Source of the DNA: a virus
Lineage: Duplodnaviria > Heunggongvirae > Uroviricota > Caudoviricetes
Reading direction: 5' to 3' (one strand)
Virus record (IMG/VR): IMGVR_UViG_3300044638_005715
Coordinates: 39,398 to 103,397 of that record
Length of the DNA stretch: 64,000 bases
Part shown: piece by piece, positions 9,192 to 19,414 of the stretch
Layout of the letters: each line of letters opens with the position of its first letter
How positions within the stretch are numbered: the first letter of the stretch is position 1
The notes under the pieces: model-generated
What the model saw: only the letters and a program-made list of their open reading frames with translations
Told to the model about the DNA's origin: nothing
Databases searched by the model: none
Position numbers and translations under genes: made by a program

Positions 9192-9408
9192 AGAACTATT
9201 TTATTTTATAGCACATAATTTTAATACAGAAAATGATGAAAGCCATAAACTATATTCTGATATGTATAAGCAACAACCCGTCTTAGAACTGATGACAAAA
9301 TTAGTTATTGATTCAGATATGTCGCATGATACTAAGGATGGATTTTGTAAGGGCATGTTACAAGTTTGGCACCTTTTAAACCAGCAGGACATTTTAGATA
9401 ATTTATGA
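9160..9408 (+). CDS. hypothetical small protein
   Basis: 82-aa ORF. Confidence 0.3.
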   Translation: MRIIMLPVVSEELFYFIAHNFNTENDESHKLYSDMYKQQPVLELMTKLVIDSDMSHDTKDGFCKGMLQVWHLLNQQDILDNL

Positions 9409-10172
9409 TTAATTTTATTATACAAGATGGAGTATTTTCCGATGAGCAGGAAGAATTAATACAAATTTTAAATGATAGAAAAATTCCATATGAATTAAAT
9501 ATGCCATACAGCATTATTGCCAATGGTAATTATGTTGTTCGTGGCTCAACTGAATTTATAACTGGTTTCGATAGGATGTTTGGAGAATATTGTCATATTA
9601 TTCCATTGAATTTAAAAACATACACATATAGTAAATATGTAAGATCTGTAAGGGCCCTCAATCAGGATTATATTCTTCTTCCTTATCATAAATTATATGA
9701 TGATTTTACATGTAATCATGTTGTTAATTTATTCGAGGGTGAACGAATATTTATGAGACCTAATTCTGGTCGAAAAATATTTGCAGGTACTACCTTATAT
9801 AAACGCACATGGCTAAAAGAATTAGATATTATTAGGTCAATTCCAAATACGTCAATTAAAGATAATACAATGGTGGTATTATCATCTTATAAGAAGCTAG
9901 ATGCGGAATTCAGGATATTTATTCATAATAAACGTATAGTAACATATAGCCAGTATGAAGGATATTATGATGAAATAAATTTCTCTACTTGCCTAGATGA
10001 AATAAGTTATCTTATACGAAATTTGAAAACAACATGCGTAGATGTTGTCGATGTTGGACTGTTTAATCGTAAATTTTACATAATTGAAAGAAATAGCCCG
10101 ATGTCTTCTGGGTGGTATGACATGGATTATCATAAAATTATTGATTGCTTGGAAAATTTCTTTAAAGAATAG
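9405..10172 (+). CDS. hypothetical protein, possibly ATP-grasp-like
   Basis: C-terminal IIERNSPMSSGW resembles the ATP-grasp E-x-N-x-x-PG motif; weak. Confidence 0.4.
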   Translation: MINFIIQDGVFSDEQEELIQILNDRKIPYELNMPYSIIANGNYVVRGSTEFITGFDRMFGEYCHIIPLNLKTYTYSKYVRSVRALNQDYILLPYHKLYDDFTCNHVVNLFEGERIFMRPNSGRKIFAGTTLYKRTWLKELDIIRSIPNTSIKDNTMVVLSSYKKLDAEFRIFIHNKRIVTYSQYEGYYDEINFSTCLDEISYLIRNLKTTCVDVVDVGLFNRKFYIIERNSPMSSGWYDMDYHKIIDCLENFFKE

Positions 10173-10292
10173 TTTGGTAAAAATTGGAAGGCCCTCATAT
10201 AATGTTCTAAAAACATTCAGTCAACCCCCACTGCCTTTCAGAAAAAGATATAATTTATATAGTAACAAAAGTAACACAGGTAACAAATTAAT

Positions 10293-10556
10293 ATGACAGT
10301 TGCAGAATTGATTGAAGAGTTAAAGAAATTACCACCAGATTCGGAAGTAATTATAAGTAAAGATGCAGAGGGTAATAGTTATAGCCCATTATATTCAGTA
10401 TGTGGTGATGCAATTTATAAACCATCCAGTTTATGGCGTGGAGATATAACTTGGAGCGAATTATCGGCAGATGATATGTGTTGTAGTTCAAATGAGCAAT
10501 GGGAGGCATTTAAAGCTTCGAGTCGGCGTTGCTGTGTCTTAGAACCAATTAACTAG
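10293..10556 (+). CDS. hypothetical small protein (GC-richer codon usage)
   Basis: 87-aa ORF. Confidence 0.35.
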   Translation: MTVAELIEELKKLPPDSEVIISKDAEGNSYSPLYSVCGDAIYKPSSLWRGDITWSELSADDMCCSSNEQWEAFKASSRRCCVLEPIN

Positions 10557-10574
10557 TTATAACAAAGAGGAATC

Positions 10575-11693
10575 ATGATTAATATTCAAGATCATAAGTG
10601 GAAAAAAAAATATCCCCTAACAGACCAGAATGCTTTTATTGCACTTGTTGATGTTATGGGCGATGATAATGCAATCGTTCAGGCCGCAAGAACATCATTT
10701 GATGGTGATGCACCTTATGGAATAGCTATTTCCGATAAGGTAAAGAAATGGGCGGAAAAAAAATTATATATTAATTTAGACCATGCCCAATCTATATCTA
10801 AAAATAGCAACGGTATTACTATTCATGGAATAGAAGAAGACTATGAATATTATACTAATAATGAATATTATAAATCTATCTATGGTATATATGAAAAACA
10901 ATTAATTGAGGATAGGCATTTAACAAGATATCTGATGAACCACCAACATTCTACACCATTTGAAATGGTTGTAGTTAAATTTATGGTGCAGGTTCCAATG
11001 GATTGTTGGAGGCAGTGGGTAAGACACCGAATGGCATCAATAAATGAATATTCGACAAGATATACTGAGGCACTAGATTTCTTTCAGGTAACTAATCAGA
11101 GGGAATGGAGGACACAATCAAAGGATAATAAACAGGGTTCATCGGGTTACTTAGAAACATGGCCAGAAAATTGGACAATAAATACAAACTCTAACGTGAT
11201 TCATATTCCCGGAGAAGCTGCAAAATGTTATGGTGCAGGACAATCACCAATGCCTAAAACAGTCGGTGAATATCTTTCAACAGAAGAAGAAAAGTTTCAC
11301 AAATATGCAAAAAAACTTTATAAAGAACGCCTTGATTTAGGAATTGCTAGGGAACAAGCACGAAAAGATTTACCATTAAGCACATATACAAGAGCATATT
11401 GGAAATCAGATTTAAGAAACATATTTAATTTCTTAAAATTAAGAATGGACTCACATGCTCAATTAGAAATCAGGCAGTTTGCTAATGCGATGTTTGATAT
11501 TATCAAGCCTCTATTTCCTGTTGCGTGTGAAGCATTTGAGGACTACGTCCTTCATGCTAAAAGCTTTTCTCGCATGGAAATGGAAGAACTGCGATCAATT
11601 ATCTCTCATTTCATTGATCAGGGATTTGAAATTAACAAGCCCGCCTCCATGACTGATCGTGAATGGAAGGAATTTATAGATAAGATATCATAA
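10575..11693 (+). CDS. thyX: flavin-dependent thymidylate synthase ThyX
   Basis: Exact ThyX signature RHRMASINEYSTR (RHRxxSxxxxSxR); RBS AGAGGA. Confidence 0.8.
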   Translation: MINIQDHKWKKKYPLTDQNAFIALVDVMGDDNAIVQAARTSFDGDAPYGIAISDKVKKWAEKKLYINLDHAQSISKNSNGITIHGIEEDYEYYTNNEYYKSIYGIYEKQLIEDRHLTRYLMNHQHSTPFEMVVVKFMVQVPMDCWRQWVRHRMASINEYSTRYTEALDFFQVTNQREWRTQSKDNKQGSSGYLETWPENWTINTNSNVIHIPGEAAKCYGAGQSPMPKTVGEYLSTEEEKFHKYAKKLYKERLDLGIAREQARKDLPLSTYTRAYWKSDLRNIFNFLKLRMDSHAQLEIRQFANAMFDIIKPLFPVACEAFEDYVLHAKSFSRMEMEELRSIISHFIDQGFEINKPASMTDREWKEFIDKIS

Positions 11694-11812
11694 TATGGGT
11701 AGTAAAAAACCTCAAGAAATGCCAGTTAATTATTTACCTTCTGGTATTATAAGGCCAACAAGTCCACCACCGCCACGGCCCCCAGATAAGAAAATAAATA
11801 TACATATAACAT

Positions 11813-12199
11813 ATGATGAAAAAACCAAAAAAGCCAAAAATGAGCTTTAATTCCTTAAAATCCATTAAGGAAAACCATTGGCATTATAGAGTCAATAAAA
11901 GTGAAGATGAATATCCATGTATTGAATGTCATACTACAGGATATATAAAAAATAGGATGGAATATTGTTCTAATGAGGGCCTAAAATATGCAGATACTAT
12001 TAAGTGCCCAAGTTGTAATGGGTCTGGATCTATGACAAGATCTGACTATATAAAAATTTATCAAGAGGCAAAAGCCTTTTATAAAGAAGAATTACAAAGA
12101 TATACTAGAGAAATGAACCTATACAATTCTATTGTAAATAAACTATCTAAAGAAGAAATAGAATATATTAAAAAGAGATTAGTATTTTTCTGGCAGTGA
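11813..12199 (+). CDS. DnaJ-type zinc-finger (CxxCxGxG) protein
   Basis: CIECHTTGY and CPSCNGSGS repeats typical of the DnaJ cysteine-rich domain. Confidence 0.45.
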   Translation: MMKKPKKPKMSFNSLKSIKENHWHYRVNKSEDEYPCIECHTTGYIKNRMEYCSNEGLKYADTIKCPSCNGSGSMTRSDYIKIYQEAKAFYKEELQRYTREMNLYNSIVNKLSKEEIEYIKKRLVFFWQ

Positions 12200-12570
12200 A
12201 AAGAATAATGAATAAATATATTATAATGCATAAAACAACATATGAATACATACAAAAATGTTTATATTCAGGAGAAAGACCACCAATACCAATACAATAT
12301 GGTGGTTTTGAAAATATATCTATGTATGGTATGCAAATAATAATACAAAATAAATTGGAACCAACCATTGATGAGCCAGAATGGGTTTTTCCAAAGGAAA
12401 GATTTGTTATATATGAAAACAAAGACATTGAATGGTGTAAATTTTTTGGTATTGGTCGCCCAGGCAGGCCCTTTAAATTAGGTGAAATTTATGAAGTTAA
12501 TCCAGATATGCTTACTTATTTTTCTTTGCCTTTTAACCAAAACGGCATCAGGACAATCTTCCCGTATTAA
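12196..12570 (+). CDS. hypothetical protein
   Basis: 124-aa ORF. Confidence 0.4.
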   Translation: MKRIMNKYIIMHKTTYEYIQKCLYSGERPPIPIQYGGFENISMYGMQIIIQNKLEPTIDEPEWVFPKERFVIYENKDIEWCKFFGIGRPGRPFKLGEIYEVNPDMLTYFSLPFNQNGIRTIFPY

Positions 12571-12754
12571 TGCAAGGCCCAATATATTTGGTGGGCAAAA
12601 TTATTATCGATCGGGACAGCCGCAATTTTCTACTGTGCCAAACATTTTCAGCGGCTATAATTATAGAGGAAAAATAAATGGCTATTCTCAAAGGTCCATC
12701 TATGGTGGGCAAAATTACTACATAAGGAATAAAAATGGAAATTCGTCCAGATAA
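12482..12754 (+). CDS. secreted Tyr/Gly-rich repeat peptide (signal peptide plus three NIFGGQNYY-like repeats)
   Basis: Hydrophobic signal MKFMKLIQICLLIFLCLLTKTASG followed by three ~17-aa repeats; the DNA direct repeat tggtgggcaaaattat occurs twice. Confidence 0.45.
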   Translation: MKFMKLIQICLLIFLCLLTKTASGQSSRINARPNIFGGQNYYRSGQPQFSTVPNIFSGYNYRGKINGYSQRSIYGGQNYYIRNKNGNSSR

Positions 12755-13298
12755 TTTGCAAGAATTGGTAGGTCAATGGTCTCAAGATAATTTCGGTAAT
12801 CAGGTGTCTAAAAGTTCTGGTGTTGAACTTGGTTCAATACCTCCACTATTAGGCATGGTTGAAGAAATATGTGATGAACTGATGACAGCTTATAATAATA
12901 GAGATGAAAAAGGGGCCCTTGATGCATTAGGTGATATAATGATCTTCATGTGTGATTTTGCATGTAGAGAAACAATTCCAGTCACATTATATAAACTAGA
13001 AGATACAATAGATGTATTATGTGAAGAGATGATGTTTGCCCACTTATTAGGTAAATTATGTCATGTGGTCTTAAAAAGGCATCAGGGTATACGCGGGTAT
13101 GACGATGACAATAAATATGTTGCAGAAAGAAATAAGATATTAGCATCATTATGTTATCAAATCAAATCCTGTCTTTTGGCAATAGAGGGAGAAATGTTTG
13201 AAAAATATCATCATCCTGAAGCACATTGGATTTTAGCTTGCGAAGTGTTTAGTAATATTGTATCTAAACGAAATTGGAAAAAACCAACTGATAATTAA
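12735..13298 (+). CDS. mazG: MazG-like nucleotide pyrophosphohydrolase
   Basis: EEICDEL (EExxE) and ALGDIMIF (D..GD) motifs of the all-alpha NTP-PPase fold. Confidence 0.55.
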   Translation: MEIRPDNLQELVGQWSQDNFGNQVSKSSGVELGSIPPLLGMVEEICDELMTAYNNRDEKGALDALGDIMIFMCDFACRETIPVTLYKLEDTIDVLCEEMMFAHLLGKLCHVVLKRHQGIRGYDDDNKYVAERNKILASLCYQIKSCLLAIEGEMFEKYHHPEAHWILACEVFSNIVSKRNWKKPTDN

Positions 13299-13308
13299 TG
13301 GAGATTAT

Positions 13309-13539
13309 ATGACAAATACTATTATAGGTGTTTTAAAAAAGGTAGATTTAGATACTAAACGTGGTACTATTCACTCAAAAGGAGAGCGGAAAAATATCGA
13401 TTTAAGTAAATTTACTAATAAGCAGATTATGGATATGTTTCGATATAATGAAGATATAATGTTTATTGGAAAATACAAAACAGTAAAATCAAAAATGCTA
13501 ATAGTAGAAGATTACAATTTTATCGGCAATACCACTTGA
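13309..13539 (+). CDS. hypothetical small protein
   Basis: Start set at the ATG preceded by GGAG (the ORF track starts earlier at 13258). Confidence 0.35.
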   Translation: MTNTIIGVLKKVDLDTKRGTIHSKGERKNIDLSKFTNKQIMDMFRYNEDIMFIGKYKTVKSKMLIVEDYNFIGNTT

Positions 13540-13563
13540 CATTTTATTTTTTTGCCTTATAAT
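13536..13563 (+). promoter_or_regulatory. consensus sigma70 promoter TTGACA-N16-TATAAT (early promoter)
   Basis: TTGACA 13536-13541 and TATAAT 13558-13563; near-identical to 2165-2192; its 20-mer core recurs at 56344-56363. Confidence 0.65.
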
Positions 13564-13605
13564 TAAGTTGTCGCTAACTCAACTGACAATAAGGGAAATA
13601 AAAAT

Positions 13606-14181
13606 ATGAGAAGTGCCCCACGGAAAGAATGTCCGACTTGTAAAACTATGAACCACGTTAAAAAATCATCATGTGATTGTGGTTTTAAATTTTATGATAA
13701 AAAAATTCAGACTGTTAACAAATTGGTGGGGAAATCGCCAAAGAATGCACCACAGAAGGAATGTCCTGGGTGTAAGTCATTGAATCATGTTAAAGTGGCT
13801 ACATGCGTATGTGGCCACTCATTTTATAAGGCTAAATTTAAGCCTCAAATCATCCAGCAAGATAAATCAGTCAATGGTGAGAAAATGAATACCACTTGGA
13901 AAGATTTGTCTATTGGAGATATAATTAAGTCAGTTAATGGGCATGGTCCATTTTGGTTAAATACTAGAAATCAGGAAAAAACCTATATGGGCTCATATGG
14001 TAAATTTAAAATTGTGAAAATTTTAGATGATGGTATCATGGGTGTTTCATATAATCAAGATACTAGTAAGCAATTCGAGTTTCTGTATATGGGTGAGGTT
14101 GTTCCGTCAAAAAATATTGATAATTTTTATCGGGCCCCACATAAACTATTTAGATTAAAAAAGAGAGGTAATAATGAGTAA
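13606..14181 (+). CDS. tandem zinc-ribbon protein
   Basis: Two duplicated modules: PRKECPTCKTMNHVKKSSCDCGFKFY and PQKECPGCKSLNHVKVATCVCGHSFY. Confidence 0.5.
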   Translation: MRSAPRKECPTCKTMNHVKKSSCDCGFKFYDKKIQTVNKLVGKSPKNAPQKECPGCKSLNHVKVATCVCGHSFYKAKFKPQIIQQDKSVNGEKMNTTWKDLSIGDIIKSVNGHGPFWLNTRNQEKTYMGSYGKFKIVKILDDGIMGVSYNQDTSKQFEFLYMGEVVPSKNIDNFYRAPHKLFRLKKRGNNE

Positions 14182-14407
14182 TAAGATTAATTGGTCGGAT
14201 TTATTTCAGCAGTATGGCAATATTAAGGTATGGGCAGAATTTTGTGATGGCACACTAAGTGGCCGTCAGTTATATGCTCACTTTGTCAATACTAAGTTAG
14301 GCGGCTCAGTTAGGAATCTTTTGCGAACACTCGGTGTTGATCAGACTAGGAAACTTGCAAAGAGGGCACTAGCTCGAAGACGTTGTTATTATAGCAGTCT
14401 TGCCTAA
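14174..14407 (+). CDS. hypothetical small basic protein
   Basis: 77-aa ORF. Confidence 0.35.
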   Translation: MSNKINWSDLFQQYGNIKVWAEFCDGTLSGRQLYAHFVNTKLGGSVRNLLRTLGVDQTRKLAKRALARRRCYYSSLA

Positions 14408-14433
14408 AACACAGTTTTACTAATTTGCCCAGT

Positions 14434-15300
14434 ATGAATGATATAGAATTTTTAATACTGAAAAATAGCATACCATTACAAGATATATCATGTATTAACC
14501 CAAATGATAAATCTTATGAGTATAAGTTTTGCCTACATGAATTAGCTAGGCAAGCAAAAGAATTATCTAGTCTAAAAATAGATATTAGGGAAATTCAATA
14601 TGAGGAAATCCCATCTAAAGTTAATTCTGCTATTTTATGTATTTTAGATTCTAGGTCGCTAATACCAACAGATTATATAACTCGAATTATAGCCATTAAT
14701 AATTTACATAGGTCTGCTTCATTTTTTTGCGGACCTATTTTTACAGATTATGTCCAGATTAAATTAAATTGGCTATCTAAAAATTTATTGAAAACATATA
14801 GGGTTTATAATTTAGGTGAATTTGATGGCTTTATTTCAGGCAATATTTGCGGCGACTTTAGGAATTATCCACCAATTTATGGGAACATATTCATTGGTTC
14901 ATACTATAATGCAGTTGGTGGTTATTCACCACTCATTTCTCCGAGGGGCCCGATCCATAAAAATCCTAAATTTTTTCAAAGACTAGAAGGACAAAATAAG
15001 GAAATCATATATAGTACAAGACTATCGACTGGATATGCGATATGTCGGCCCGATACTGATATTGAGAATTTCTCCTCTTATTATTATGGATTGGGATACC
15101 AAGATGGTATTTCATTATCTAGTGAAGATAGTGAACAGCAATATATAAGGTCTAATAATATGCTACATATTGATGATCCATCATGGATAATACAGGGGCC
15201 AGATTCAAACAATGAATCTTATAAAGATCATTTAACGATACTAAAGTGTCAGTATGATTTAGGTTTTGCAGAGGCGAAATTAAAAACACGTATTGTATGA
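14434..15300 (+). CDS. hypothetical protein (first gene of glycosyltransferase island 1)
   Basis: Start moved to the ATG (track uses TTG 14425); co-oriented and overlapping the downstream glycosyltransferase genes. Confidence 0.4.
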   Translation: MNDIEFLILKNSIPLQDISCINPNDKSYEYKFCLHELARQAKELSSLKIDIREIQYEEIPSKVNSAILCILDSRSLIPTDYITRIIAINNLHRSASFFCGPIFTDYVQIKLNWLSKNLLKTYRVYNLGEFDGFISGNICGDFRNYPPIYGNIFIGSYYNAVGGYSPLISPRGPIHKNPKFFQRLEGQNKEIIYSTRLSTGYAICRPDTDIENFSSYYYGLGYQDGISLSSEDSEQQYIRSNNMLHIDDPSWIIQGPDSNNESYKDHLTILKCQYDLGFAEAKLKTRIV

Positions 15301-16262
15301 AATTTAATTTAAGTAATACAACATCTTTCGCACAGCATAGATCTGGATGGTCATATGCTATGCAATACTTAAAAATATATCACAGTAAATATGGTATATT
15401 AGTTGATGATTTTATAGAGAAAACATTTTCATGGGATTTAGACTCATATTACTTACATAATAATAAACATGGGTTGCCATATAATAAAGACTGGATAGGA
15501 TTTTTACATAATCCTCCAAATGTTCCTGACTGGTTTTATAAATATCACCACCCTGAATCAATATTGGGTCGTGAATTATTTCAAATATCATTACAGAAAT
15601 GCAAATGTATTGTAACTTTATCGGATTATTTAAAAAACTGGCTTAGTAATAAAGTCGATGTGCCCATTATCAGCGTGAAACATCCTACGGGATATCCAAA
15701 CCTATATTGGAATTATAGAAAATTTATTAATGGGTCCAAAAAAATTCTTCAACTTGGATATTGGTTGAGGGATTTTGACGCTATTTGTAGATTGAAAACA
15801 CCAAATGGATATGTGAAATATCTGATGCCATCAGATCATGCAACATATAACCACTTAGCCAAAATTAGAGAGGCATGTAGTTCAGAATCTCCACATGAAG
15901 TAAAAAATAAGTGGTCGAATACAACTATATTAAGTAAGTTATCTAATGATGAATTTGATACGCTGTTGTCAAATTCTATTGTATATTTAAAATTATATGA
16001 TAGTTCAGCTAATAACGCAATTATTGAATGTGTTGCTAGAAATACACCAATTATTGTAAATCCAATTCCGCCGGTAATAGAATACCTTGGACCTAATTAT
16101 CCATTATATGCTGAAACAGAGGAAGTGGGGACTAGTATTTTATATGATATTGAGAAAATATATAGGGCTCATACCTATTTAAAGAATATGAATAAAGAAT
16201 GGCTTGATGGTAGGTTCTTTGCACATGATGTATATAAAAAGGTAAATGAATGTCTTATGTAA
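15297..16262 (+). CDS. glycosyltransferase (GT-B fold-like)
   Basis: C-terminal pattern YLKLYDSSANNAIIECVARNTPIIVNP resembles the GT-B donor-binding region. Confidence 0.45.
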   Translation: MKFNLSNTTSFAQHRSGWSYAMQYLKIYHSKYGILVDDFIEKTFSWDLDSYYLHNNKHGLPYNKDWIGFLHNPPNVPDWFYKYHHPESILGRELFQISLQKCKCIVTLSDYLKNWLSNKVDVPIISVKHPTGYPNLYWNYRKFINGSKKILQLGYWLRDFDAICRLKTPNGYVKYLMPSDHATYNHLAKIREACSSESPHEVKNKWSNTTILSKLSNDEFDTLLSNSIVYLKLYDSSANNAIIECVARNTPIIVNPIPPVIEYLGPNYPLYAETEEVGTSILYDIEKIYRAHTYLKNMNKEWLDGRFFAHDVYKKVNECLM

Positions 16263-17074
16263 TTTATACTGGGGCCTTTTCTATAGGTTGGAATTATTTT
16301 GACGGACTCCAACAATGGCAAATATATAATTTATATAATATGCAAAAATATTGTGATCGGCACGATATTGAATTAAGAGTAATAGATAATTCAAATAAGG
16401 AATTATCATCTTTATTTTCCTATGCAAGAGAAAAAAGTAATTATAAAGCTGATTCATGGAATATAGCAACATTATCTAGTATCATAGCGTTAAATGATTT
16501 TTCTAAACGTAACGATGATAAATTTTTATGGTTAGATCTTGACTTTGTTATAACTGATCATAAGTTAGATATATTTAAATATATTGATGAATATCATATA
16601 TTGATTGAACTATGGTATAAAACAATATTTAATGAAAAGAAGGAAAAATTTTTCTCATATCTGAATAGATATTTGCCGCAAAATGCACAATATATTTTCC
16701 CACTATTATGTTACAGTGGTATTTTTGGATGTGATACAATACGAGCTAAAGGCATAATTGATTTTATGCATAGTCATTCAGTATATCCAACATATAGTTT
16801 TATTGATGATATGATTGAATTATATAAAGGAGATAAACATTTTATATCAGATGAATGTATAATGGAATTTGTTTGCAACAATTATGCTGGAAGTGAAGGT
16901 AATGGTAGAATAAATGTTCCAGTTAATATTAAAGATTATATTAATATTGAACTAGTTACAGAAGATAATATGGATTCAGTAAATGCAATATCTGATGATT
17001 TTTTTGGATATCACTTTGCTAGTGGTAGTAAAATCAATATACCTAAATTCTTTCGAGACAACAAACTATGTTAA
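16250..17074 (+). CDS. putative nucleotide-diphospho-sugar transferase (GT-A-like)
   Basis: WLDLDFVITD, a DxD-like motif. Confidence 0.35.
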   Translation: MSYVIYTGAFSIGWNYFDGLQQWQIYNLYNMQKYCDRHDIELRVIDNSNKELSSLFSYAREKSNYKADSWNIATLSSIIALNDFSKRNDDKFLWLDLDFVITDHKLDIFKYIDEYHILIELWYKTIFNEKKEKFFSYLNRYLPQNAQYIFPLLCYSGIFGCDTIRAKGIIDFMHSHSVYPTYSFIDDMIELYKGDKHFISDECIMEFVCNNYAGSEGNGRINVPVNIKDYINIELVTEDNMDSVNAISDDFFGYHFASGSKINIPKFFRDNKLC

Positions 17075-18135
17075 ATTTAAATATTCAGGCCCCAATATGT
17101 CATACGGGATATGGTCAGGTTGGCTATAACTTATCATTAGAATTAAGCAAAATAGCTAATGTTACTATATTTCCAATTGGGCCCGTTCAGGAATTTCCGC
17201 AATCAAATATTATCAATAACCTTATAATAGGCAATAAGAATATAGAAAATATAATGGAGGCCCCATCTATTAAGATATGGCACCAGAATGATTTATTTTC
17301 TCATATATCTAGATCACAAAGGGTGGGCTTTCCAATATTTGAATTAGATAGGTTTAGTGATATTGAAATAATGAGCCTTAAATCATGTGATGTCATTTAT
17401 GTATGCTCAAAATGGGCCCAAAATATAATTCATAATCACCTACCTAATAAAAATGTAGTTGTTGTCCCGCTTGGTGTTGATACTGATATTTTTTACCCTT
17501 CTAGTGTAAAAAGAAAAAATACCATATTTCTCAATTGTGGTAAATGGGAAATTAGAAAGGGGCATGATGTTTTATTACATGCATTTAATAAGGCATTTTC
17601 ACCAAAAGATAATGTAGAATTATGGATGATGTGTGAAAATATGATAACCCCACAAGTGAATAATGAGTGGATTAAATTATATAAGGAAAGTCCACTGGGT
17701 AATAAGGTAAGAATCATACCATATCAGCAGTCACATATAGATGTGGCTAATATAATGAAACAGGCTGATTGCGGTGTTTTTCCAGCGAGGGCGGAAGGTT
17801 GGAATTTAGAATTATTAGAAATGATGGCATGTGGAAAAAATGTTATAACTACTAATTATGCTGGCCATACTGAATTTTGCAACAATGATAATTCCAGACT
17901 AATTGAAATTACAGAGACTGAATCTGCATATGATGGAATATGGTTTAATCATCAGGGTTCGTGGGCGTCTATTAAAAATAATGAAATGGAAGCTTTAATA
18001 ACACACATGAGAAATATTCACAATGAAAAATTATCTAATGGGTACGTTGAAGGAAATATTAGTGGAATTATGACATCTCGTACATTTTCTTGGAAAAATT
18101 CTGCTTTTTTGGCTTCATCACTATATCATAAATAA
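17068..18135 (+). CDS. glycosyltransferase family 4 (GT-B)
   Basis: GKWEIRKGHDVLL together with EGWNLELLEMMACGKNVITT (the GT4 E-x7-E region). Confidence 0.6.
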   Translation: MLNLNIQAPICHTGYGQVGYNLSLELSKIANVTIFPIGPVQEFPQSNIINNLIIGNKNIENIMEAPSIKIWHQNDLFSHISRSQRVGFPIFELDRFSDIEIMSLKSCDVIYVCSKWAQNIIHNHLPNKNVVVVPLGVDTDIFYPSSVKRKNTIFLNCGKWEIRKGHDVLLHAFNKAFSPKDNVELWMMCENMITPQVNNEWIKLYKESPLGNKVRIIPYQQSHIDVANIMKQADCGVFPARAEGWNLELLEMMACGKNVITTNYAGHTEFCNNDNSRLIEITETESAYDGIWFNHQGSWASIKNNEMEALITHMRNIHNEKLSNGYVEGNISGIMTSRTFSWKNSAFLASSLYHK

Positions 18136-18515
18136 TGAATGTACAGCTTCAAATTATTTTTCTATTCGAAAATAAGTCACTGAATGTTTTTGATCCTGGG
18201 TATGTTCAAATATTATTAGTAAATAATAAATTGCCAAGCCTTCAAATAGATCAAGACGTTGATGAAATTAAAACAGCATTAAATGATTTATCAGACAAGT
18301 GTATACATTATAATTTTAGCTCATTAATTAAGCATTTAGTAAATTGTGAAATTGATAGTAATAATCAAACACTTATTATAACATATAAAATAATTTGCGA
18401 TTATATTAAAGGCATAAATAAAGTAGGCAACTTAATACAATTAACATCATTACATAGGAATTCAATACAAGAATATGATAAATACATCAATGGAAAAGGA
18501 ATGTGTTTCAGATGA
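18135..18515 (+). CDS. hypothetical protein
   Basis: 126-aa ORF. Confidence 0.4.
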   Translation: MNVQLQIIFLFENKSLNVFDPGYVQILLVNNKLPSLQIDQDVDEIKTALNDLSDKCIHYNFSSLIKHLVNCEIDSNNQTLIITYKIICDYIKGINKVGNLIQLTSLHRNSIQEYDKYINGKGMCFR

Positions 18516-18801
18516 TAATAAGCTTAAATGTGCCCTTATTTTTTCTGTTACTAGCAATAATGAAATTATAGTTGAGCACATAATGAACAAGGGAGATCAG
18601 GAAGCAATTTCTTCTTTTGCAAGTATATATACTGGAATAAAAAACTACTCATTATTAAAACCAGCATTATCGTCATTAATGAAAGAATTAAATCCTGAAG
18701 AAAATGCATTTTTTATTTCATGTATGTCGAATTTAAAGAATGGCTCAGAACCAGTTTTATGCCCGCTAGAAAATAATGCAGTTATTAAAAACGAAAAATG
18801 A
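18475..18801 (+). CDS. hypothetical protein
   Basis: 108-aa ORF. Confidence 0.35.
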   Translation: MINTSMEKECVSDDNKLKCALIFSVTSNNEIIVEHIMNKGDQEAISSFASIYTGIKNYSLLKPALSSLMKELNPEENAFFISCMSNLKNGSEPVLCPLENNAVIKNEK

Positions 18802-18808
18802 GGTTATA

Positions 18809-19414
18809 ATGAGAAAAATTTCTTGGCAAAGTTGGAATATAGATGAGCAAGAACAAATTGAGATTGGTGACAATATTGATGAATCAGAAGAATATAATTC
18901 TTATGAGATGAATATGATGAGTGCTAATGAACAACTAGGGGCCCTTTTCCCCCCAGAACAAAATTTCATTATTACACCATTTGGATTATATTCACCCCAA
19001 AATCCATTCACACCATCTAAAAGATGGGATTGTTGGATAGGTTATACAAACTTTGATATTGGAGTTGACGTAGTAAATATTATTAAGAGGATTCCAGGTG
19101 TTGAATCTTTATGTGTGATGGGCCGGTATACATTTTGTATAGGTATTCCAAAACATGGTGATTTATTTAATTCACAAGAAACTAAACTACTTATACAGGA
19201 GTCTTTATGTGGTGAAACAGATATAGAAGTAATTAGAGATAAAATTGCTAAACAAAAACATTGGGCCGTTTTAATGAGGGCCGATGGTTATTATCATTGT
19301 GCATACTCTAAGCGAAAAGACAATGAATATAAAAAACAACTTGATAAATTGAACTTGTTACAACAAAATTATGGTGGAGTTATATATGATTCGGAAACAA
19401 ATAGCAACATTTGA
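18809..19414 (+). CDS. hypothetical protein immediately upstream of the sigma factor
   Basis: Start at the ATG with RBS GAGG; Cys-containing; possible transcription accessory, but no motif support. Confidence 0.4.
   Translation: MRKISWQSWNIDEQEQIEIGDNIDESEEYNSYEMNMMSANEQLGALFPPEQNFIITPFGLYSPQNPFTPSKRWDCWIGYTNFDIGVDVVNIIKRIPGVESLCVMGRYTFCIGIPKHGDLFNSQETKLLIQESLCGETDIEVIRDKIAKQKHWAVLMRADGYYHCAYSKRKDNEYKKQLDKLNLLQQNYGGVIYDSETNSNI

Noticed and set aside
10084-10296. 70-aa ORF overlapping the end of 9405-10172
   Set aside because: Mostly overlaps a longer gene in another frame; the remainder is better explained as an intergenic promoter region (TTGGTA...TATAAT).
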